Origin: Candidatus Gastranaerophilales bacterium
Lineage (GTDB): Bacteria > Cyanobacteriota > Vampirovibrionia > Gastranaerophilales > UBA9971
Direction: 5' to 3'
DNA length: 41,824 nt
NCBI GenBank assembly: GCA_028281965.1
Contig: JANQIY010000400.1
Span: forward strand, 1-41,824
In this document: positions 37,264 to 41,824 of the stretch, in pieces
Layout: every line of letters starts with the position of its first letter
How positions within the stretch are numbered: the stretch's first letter is position 1
Program-made: the position numbers and the translations under genes
The notes under the pieces: model-generated
Seen by the model: only the letters and a program-made list of their open reading frames with translations
What the model was told of the DNA's origin: nothing
Database searches by the model: none

Positions 37264-38910
37264 CTAAATTTCTAAAATTTCTTTTTCCAGATTTTCCAGC
37301 GAAATGTGGTTGAACCTTTCCGGTGGTTTTGCAAATATATCCAGGCTTTCTATTTCACCTTGATACTCAGAAACTATTTTTTGCCTGAAAGCCTCTGACA
37401 ATTCCAGATGGTAATATTGCACAAGGTGTTTTACAAACCTGTGAATAGTCTTTGTCCTTGAATCCTGAAGCTCGTTTATTTGATTTGCTATGATTTCTAC
37501 TTTATAAGAATTGGTAAAGTTAGGCTCCAGTATGTTTAAATCCACAGCCATTGATTCCTCTATGGCAATTTGCTCATCAGGTTCGGAAATATCGAGCTTT
37601 TCATCAAGAATATCAATTATTTCAAAGCAAATTTTATAAATGCAATCTATGCTTACCTCCTGGCACTCGTACTTTTTAATTATCTCGCTTAAAGCCCTGA
37701 TTGTTTCAATTTTTTCTTTATATTCCAGAAATATATAATTTTCATTTATGGAAATATCTTTTTGGGAAATATTTGCTTTTGAGAGTTTGCTGTTATAGAT
37801 ATTTTTCAGTCTTGCAAGCAGGGCTTTAAGACGTTTATTTTTCTGGTTGATTTCTTCAAATAATTTTTTTGCAGGCTCTTCACGCATAATTTTTTTGTAT
37901 TTATAAGAAGTTTTAAGCTCGTTTAAGATGTCATTAAGATAAACGCTTTTAAGTCCTACCGTTGAGAATTCTATGCGGTTAAAATGAGAATTTATCAGGT
38001 ACAGCAGTTCTCTTGCCTTGTTGTTCCTCAGTCTTCTAATCAGCTTAAAATCGGAAATTTTTGCCTCATACTCCCTGAATAGCTTTTCAAGGTTTTTTTC
38101 CGTAACGAATTCAGGATGAAGAGTGAGGATTTTGCGGTTTAAAACAAGTTCTATTGTAAGGTTTAAAAGCGCAATGATATCCTCGTTGCGAAGATAGACC
38201 TCTTCTTCATTATCCTCGTTTGCAGCTGCAATAAGCCTTGATAAAAAGCCATGAGGCCTTTCAATACCGAATTTTGTATTTTTCACGTTACCCTTAAACC
38301 TTTCTTTCAGGGTATGGGCAAGCGATGGGAAATTGGTTTCTATATTACGAATTGACTTATCCAGTAAGTGCTCGGTTCTTTTATATTCCTTCTGTAATTG
38401 ATTAGAGAATCCTTGTTTTCGGTAGAATTCAATATTTTCAATAGCTTCGGCCAGGTCTCTTTGCCTGGTGCAAAGAAATACCGCATGCTGAACCATTGTA
38501 ATATCTGAAGTTGAACTGCCCAGTACATACCATGCTGCCATCATATCCTGCTGGTTTTCAGGAAGGGAAAGGATATGGTATTCCTTACAAAAGTATATAT
38601 AAGCAAGTAGGCGGTCTATAACAAAATGCATTTCATACTTAAATTCCATTAATTTGGGGTTAATAGCGGCATTTTTTACCGTCTGGAACGCAATGGCGAA
38701 TAACCCCGCAAAAACCGTATAGAGCCCAAAATAAATAATTGTTTTTATAGACGTAAATTGGCCGTAGCCGATATAATAAGCTGTGTAAACAGCTATAAAA
38801 GTGACAGGGCCGGCAGTCCAGGCCAGGTTTATAACATGCCAGTACCACTGTTCGTTTTTAAATTCCCGCTTTATATTGTATATTAGCCTGTCTAAGTGAT
38901 TATTTTTCAT
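37264..38910 (-). CDS. Hypothetical protein with two N-terminal TM helices
   Basis: 548-aa ORF; hydrophobic segments near residues 25-75, helical soluble remainder. Confidence 0.7.
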   Translation of the reverse strand: MKNNHLDRLIYNIKREFKNEQWYWHVINLAWTAGPVTFIAVYTAYYIGYGQFTSIKTIIYFGLYTVFAGLFAIAFQTVKNAAINPKLMEFKYEMHFVIDRLLAYIYFCKEYHILSLPENQQDMMAAWYVLGSSTSDITMVQHAVFLCTRQRDLAEAIENIEFYRKQGFSNQLQKEYKRTEHLLDKSIRNIETNFPSLAHTLKERFKGNVKNTKFGIERPHGFLSRLIAAANEDNEEEVYLRNEDIIALLNLTIELVLNRKILTLHPEFVTEKNLEKLFREYEAKISDFKLIRRLRNNKARELLYLINSHFNRIEFSTVGLKSVYLNDILNELKTSYKYKKIMREEPAKKLFEEINQKNKRLKALLARLKNIYNSKLSKANISQKDISINENYIFLEYKEKIETIRALSEIIKKYECQEVSIDCIYKICFEIIDILDEKLDISEPDEQIAIEESMAVDLNILEPNFTNSYKVEIIANQINELQDSRTKTIHRFVKHLVQYYHLELSEAFRQKIVSEYQGEIESLDIFAKPPERFNHISLENLEKEILEI

Positions 38911-39280
38911 TTATTGTCGCTAAATAGATGGTTCCGGCAATTCTTTTCAATATTATAATATTAATTCAACAAAAAAATATAAGTATCCGTTTTTTCAATG
39001 CTTTTATTACGTTTTAAAAACTTTTTTTAATAACTGTTTTTTTAGGCTATTAAAGGCCTGCAATAATTACAATAGTTCTTTGGGGCAATATTTGCCGAAA
39101 TCTTTATTTGACGAAAATCTAAATTTATATCATTATTTAGGAAGAGAAAATACTTATTTAAGTATATAAATTGTTACTTCTTAAAATTAAATATTAAAAA
39201 ATTAATTGAGCAGCTAACAAAAAAAATTTATTTAAGTATTTTAGGTTAGCTTATTTTTTTTATGAAAAGAGAATTTTAAA

Positions 39281-39589
39281 ATGTACGATCAAGACTTTCA
39301 GGACAAGAACCTTCAATGTGTGGAGTGCTCAGCGACATTTCCTTTCAGCGCTGATGACCAGGAATTTTACGCCCAAAAGGGTTATTCAGACCCCAAAAGA
39401 TGTCCTACTTGCAGGGCAAACAGGAAAAACAATAACCAGAGAGGCGGAGGCCGAGGTGGTTTTGGCAGAGGAAGCAAACCTCAATTTGAAGTAGTTTGTA
39501 GCGCTTGTGGCTGTGAAACAACTGTTCCTTTTGAACCTAAGAGTGATAGACCGGTTTACTGCTCTGACTGCTACAGAAACAACCATTAA
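39281..39589 (+). CDS. Zinc-ribbon / CxxC-x17-CxxC domain protein
   Basis: CVEC...EFY..KG...PKRCPTCR, RGG-rich linker, CSACG..TTVPFEP...PVYCSDCY. Confidence 0.9.
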   Translation: MYDQDFQDKNLQCVECSATFPFSADDQEFYAQKGYSDPKRCPTCRANRKNNNQRGGGRGGFGRGSKPQFEVVCSACGCETTVPFEPKSDRPVYCSDCYRNNH

Positions 39590-39600
39590 GGAAATTTGAC

Positions 39601-39717
39601 TTGGCTAAAAACAATCAAAAAAAGGAAAAAGCTGAACGTAACAAGGCTTATGCACGTAAGTACAGGAAAAGAACCACCGGGAAATTTGGAAGAAGAACCG
39701 GAAATAACAATAGTTAA
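39601..39717 (+). CDS. Small basic protein (38 aa), absent from the ORF track
   Basis: AAGGA-8nt-TTG start; MAKNNQKKEKAERNKAYARKYRKRTTGKFGRRTGNNNS*. Confidence 0.65.
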   Translation: MAKNNQKKEKAERNKAYARKYRKRTTGKFGRRTGNNNS

Positions 39718-39774
39718 ACTTTTTGTATTTATAAGTTGTATTTATAAGTTTTTTATTAAAGCTTTGATAAAAAA

Positions 39775-39840
39775 TAGACACAAATATAAATCTACTTTAT
39801 TATATTGTATGACTGAGCTGTAAAATATAACTCAGTCATA
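39775..39840 (+). promoter_or_regulatory. Promoter with a downstream inverted repeat
   Basis: TAGACA-17-TATTAT (39775-39803), then TATGACTGAG-N13-CTCAGTCATA (39808-39840). Confidence 0.5.
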
Positions 39841-39876
39841 AACTTAAAAAGGGTCAAAAAAAAGGGTCAAAAATAG

Positions 39877-40965
39877 ATGAACGAAAATTTATTTAAACTC
39901 CCGGAACTTAAACTAGCCCCGGGCCTACCATTTATAAAGCCTATAATTCAGGGAGGAATGGCAATAAAGATCAGTACGGCAAAATTAGCGGCAGCCATCG
40001 CAAACTGCGGAGGTGTCGGAATAATTGCCGCTACGGGTTTAACAAAAGAAGAACTGCAGCAGCAAATCCGTGAAGCCAGAGAGTTACAGCTTAACAAAAG
40101 CGGGTTAATCGGTATTAATATAATGTTTGCCGCAAGTGATTTTAACATGCTTGCTAAAACAGCTATGGAAGAAGGAATTGACCTGGTTATATTCGGGGCC
40201 GGATTTTCAAGGGATATCTTTTCCCTTGGGGAAGAGACAAATACCCCGATAATACCAATTGTTAGCTCCCCAAAGCTTGCTACAATTTCAAGGAAACTGG
40301 GCGCAAGCTCAATTATACTTGAAAGCGGAGAAGCAGGAGGGCACTTAGGCACATCGCAAGAGACAAAGAACCTTGTAAGAGAAGTTAAAGCCGCAATGGA
40401 CATTGAAGAAGCAAAAGATAACAAACATGTCCCGATCATAGCAGCAGGAGGCGCAGTCAGCGGGTTTGACCTGGCAGAACTCTTCAAACTGGGCGCTGAT
40501 GGTTTTCAGCTGGGTACACGCTTTGTCCTCAGCAAAGAATGCGAGGTTTCCGAAACGTTTAAACAAATGTATTTAAACGTTAAAGAATCAGAAGTAGTAA
40601 AAATCCTTAGTCCGGTTGGCCTGCAGGCCAGGGCAATTTTGAACGACTTTACTCAAAAAGTTCTTCAAGGAACTGTTGAAAAGCCTAACGGTTGCGATAA
40701 CTGCCTTAAAAGATGCTCAAGGACTTTCTGCATAAAAAGGGCGCTTAAGGCTGCTGAAAGCGGAAATATTAAGGATGGCCTGGTTTTTGTAGGAAAAAAC
40801 GTGTGTAAGATAAAGGAAATTCTTTCAGTTAACGAAATTTTCAATAACCTTGAAAAAGAATTCCAGCTTGCTTTTTCCAAAGTAACCTTAAACCAGCCAA
40901 CCTTAACAAGACAGTCTGCAGAGCAGGATTTTATTGAGCCCTTGCCTGCCAGAAGTAAATTTTAG
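39877..40965 (+). CDS. Nitronate monooxygenase / FabK-FabX family flavoprotein
   Basis: PIIQGGM, EAGGHLG, IIAAGG, QLGTRF, and a CxxCxxxC...FCI Cys cluster (Fe-S-like). Confidence 0.88.
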   Translation: MNENLFKLPELKLAPGLPFIKPIIQGGMAIKISTAKLAAAIANCGGVGIIAATGLTKEELQQQIREARELQLNKSGLIGINIMFAASDFNMLAKTAMEEGIDLVIFGAGFSRDIFSLGEETNTPIIPIVSSPKLATISRKLGASSIILESGEAGGHLGTSQETKNLVREVKAAMDIEEAKDNKHVPIIAAGGAVSGFDLAELFKLGADGFQLGTRFVLSKECEVSETFKQMYLNVKESEVVKILSPVGLQARAILNDFTQKVLQGTVEKPNGCDNCLKRCSRTFCIKRALKAAESGNIKDGLVFVGKNVCKIKEILSVNEIFNNLEKEFQLAFSKVTLNQPTLTRQSAEQDFIEPLPARSKF

Positions 40966-41656
40966 CATTATCAATCCCGCGATCTTCACCAAGGGTTATG
41001 CCACCTTCAATGTCCTGGGCTTCGCCAAATTCTTCTTCTACTTCAAGCGCTGCCCTGCATACCTTTTCCAGCAAAGGTTGCCATTGGTCAATATCTTCTA
41101 TTAAGGGGTCATTTACAGGTTCAGGTTCAATAATATTAAAGTTTTCATCCAGGGTAATTTTACGCCCTTTTCTTTCCAGGCTCTCAATTTCAATATTTTT
41201 TGCTGTTTTGTCATACTTGATGATATAAGGGTCGGTTGGCTTTTTATCAGGTGATTTTTCAGAATTCATCTCAATTAAGATCTTGCTGTTGTCGTTGCTT
41301 TCCGGGTCGTTTGTATAGATGGTAAACCTGTAGTCAGCATCTACAAAATCCTGGATAATAACTGTGGGTTTAATCAGGTCATGGTTAATATTATGTTTTT
41401 TCCTGCTGCAATAAGCTTCGTAGTTCCACTTTGATGCCCATACCTGACTGATTTTAGCGAGTAAATTGCTGTCATCACGGCATAAATAAGAGTCATACAG
41501 ACCTGCTGCTGAAAAACCTTTTGCATCCTCGCCATTAAAAGACGAACGCACCATGACTTTATTTCCTAAATTTTGGCTTTTTTTAAAGTCGATTATTTCC
41601 CGCTTAATTTCATCAGGAAATTTAAGTCGAGCAAAAAATAACCCTTTTAATAGCAT
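40931..41656 (-). CDS. Stand-alone PEP/pyruvate-binding (PPDK-N-like) domain protein, possibly truncated
   Basis: VRSSFNGED..GFSAAGLYDS, VWASKWN, QDIEG, QAR; no phospho-His domain visible. Confidence 0.7.
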   Translation of the reverse strand: MLLKGLFFARLKFPDEIKREIIDFKKSQNLGNKVMVRSSFNGEDAKGFSAAGLYDSYLCRDDSNLLAKISQVWASKWNYEAYCSRKKHNINHDLIKPTVIIQDFVDADYRFTIYTNDPESNDNSKILIEMNSEKSPDKKPTDPYIIKYDKTAKNIEIESLERKGRKITLDENFNIIEPEPVNDPLIEDIDQWQPLLEKVCRAALEVEEEFGEAQDIEGGITLGEDRGIDNAKIYFWQARAQ

Positions 41657-41794
41657 TAAAGGATTATATACGTCCTGAGCTGAATTAATTTCCTCGATTT
41701 GTTGTCTAACTTCGCCTGCTAACCCGCTTATTCCCCTACAAAATTAAATATGGTATAATTTAATTTTGAAATTAACAAAAGGGGAATAAATTTA

Positions 41795-41824
41795 ATGCTG
41801 GAAAAAGCCATATCAAAGTTTTAT
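41795..41824 (+). CDS. Start of a CDS running off the window
   Basis: AGGGGA RBS then ATG, MLEKAISKFY...; TGGTATAAT upstream. Confidence 0.4.
   Translation, partial: MLEKAISKFY

Noticed and set aside
39596-39823. 75-aa ORF MTWLKTIKK...
   Set aside because: It overlaps the better-supported 38-aa ORF and runs into the next promoter; no motif.
271-41228. Numerous short ORFs antisense to or nested in long genes (e.g. 271-621, 28251-28619, 39948-40487)
   Set aside because: Shadow frames of well-supported genes with no independent motifs.

Overview
AT-rich bacterial chromosome segment. The host genes (m-type thioredoxin, LptF/G permease, class 3 asparaginase, a cyanobacterial-like small basic ORF) suggest a Cyanobacteriota/Melainabacteria-type host; this is inference only. 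About 33 kb consists of two tandem integrative elements inserted at the 3' half of a minus-strand tRNA-Arg(CCG) gene (37050-37123), marked by displaced tRNA 3' copies at 3735-3780 and 18496-18542. Element A (~14.8 kb) is a defence island. It carries a repeat-flanked AAA ATPase, a GIY-YIG nuclease, a divergent M-S fusion with a degenerate SAM motif, type I hsdMSR, a frameshifted serine resolvase, a 5'-truncated integrase and a convergent AbiEii/AbiEi pair. Element B (~18.6 kb) looks like a phage satellite. It has an intact integrase with matching arm repeats at both ends, xis-like, initiator, primase, helicase, and both TerS-like and TerL genes, but no recognisable capsid, portal or tail gene. 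Its cargo is a single-chain R-M-S enzyme with an A10 tract at the M/S junction, an HTH/metallophosphoesterase pair, and a NERD-like/SEC-C plus Schlafen-like pair with an internal stop. All calls come from manual motif reading; no database search was run.
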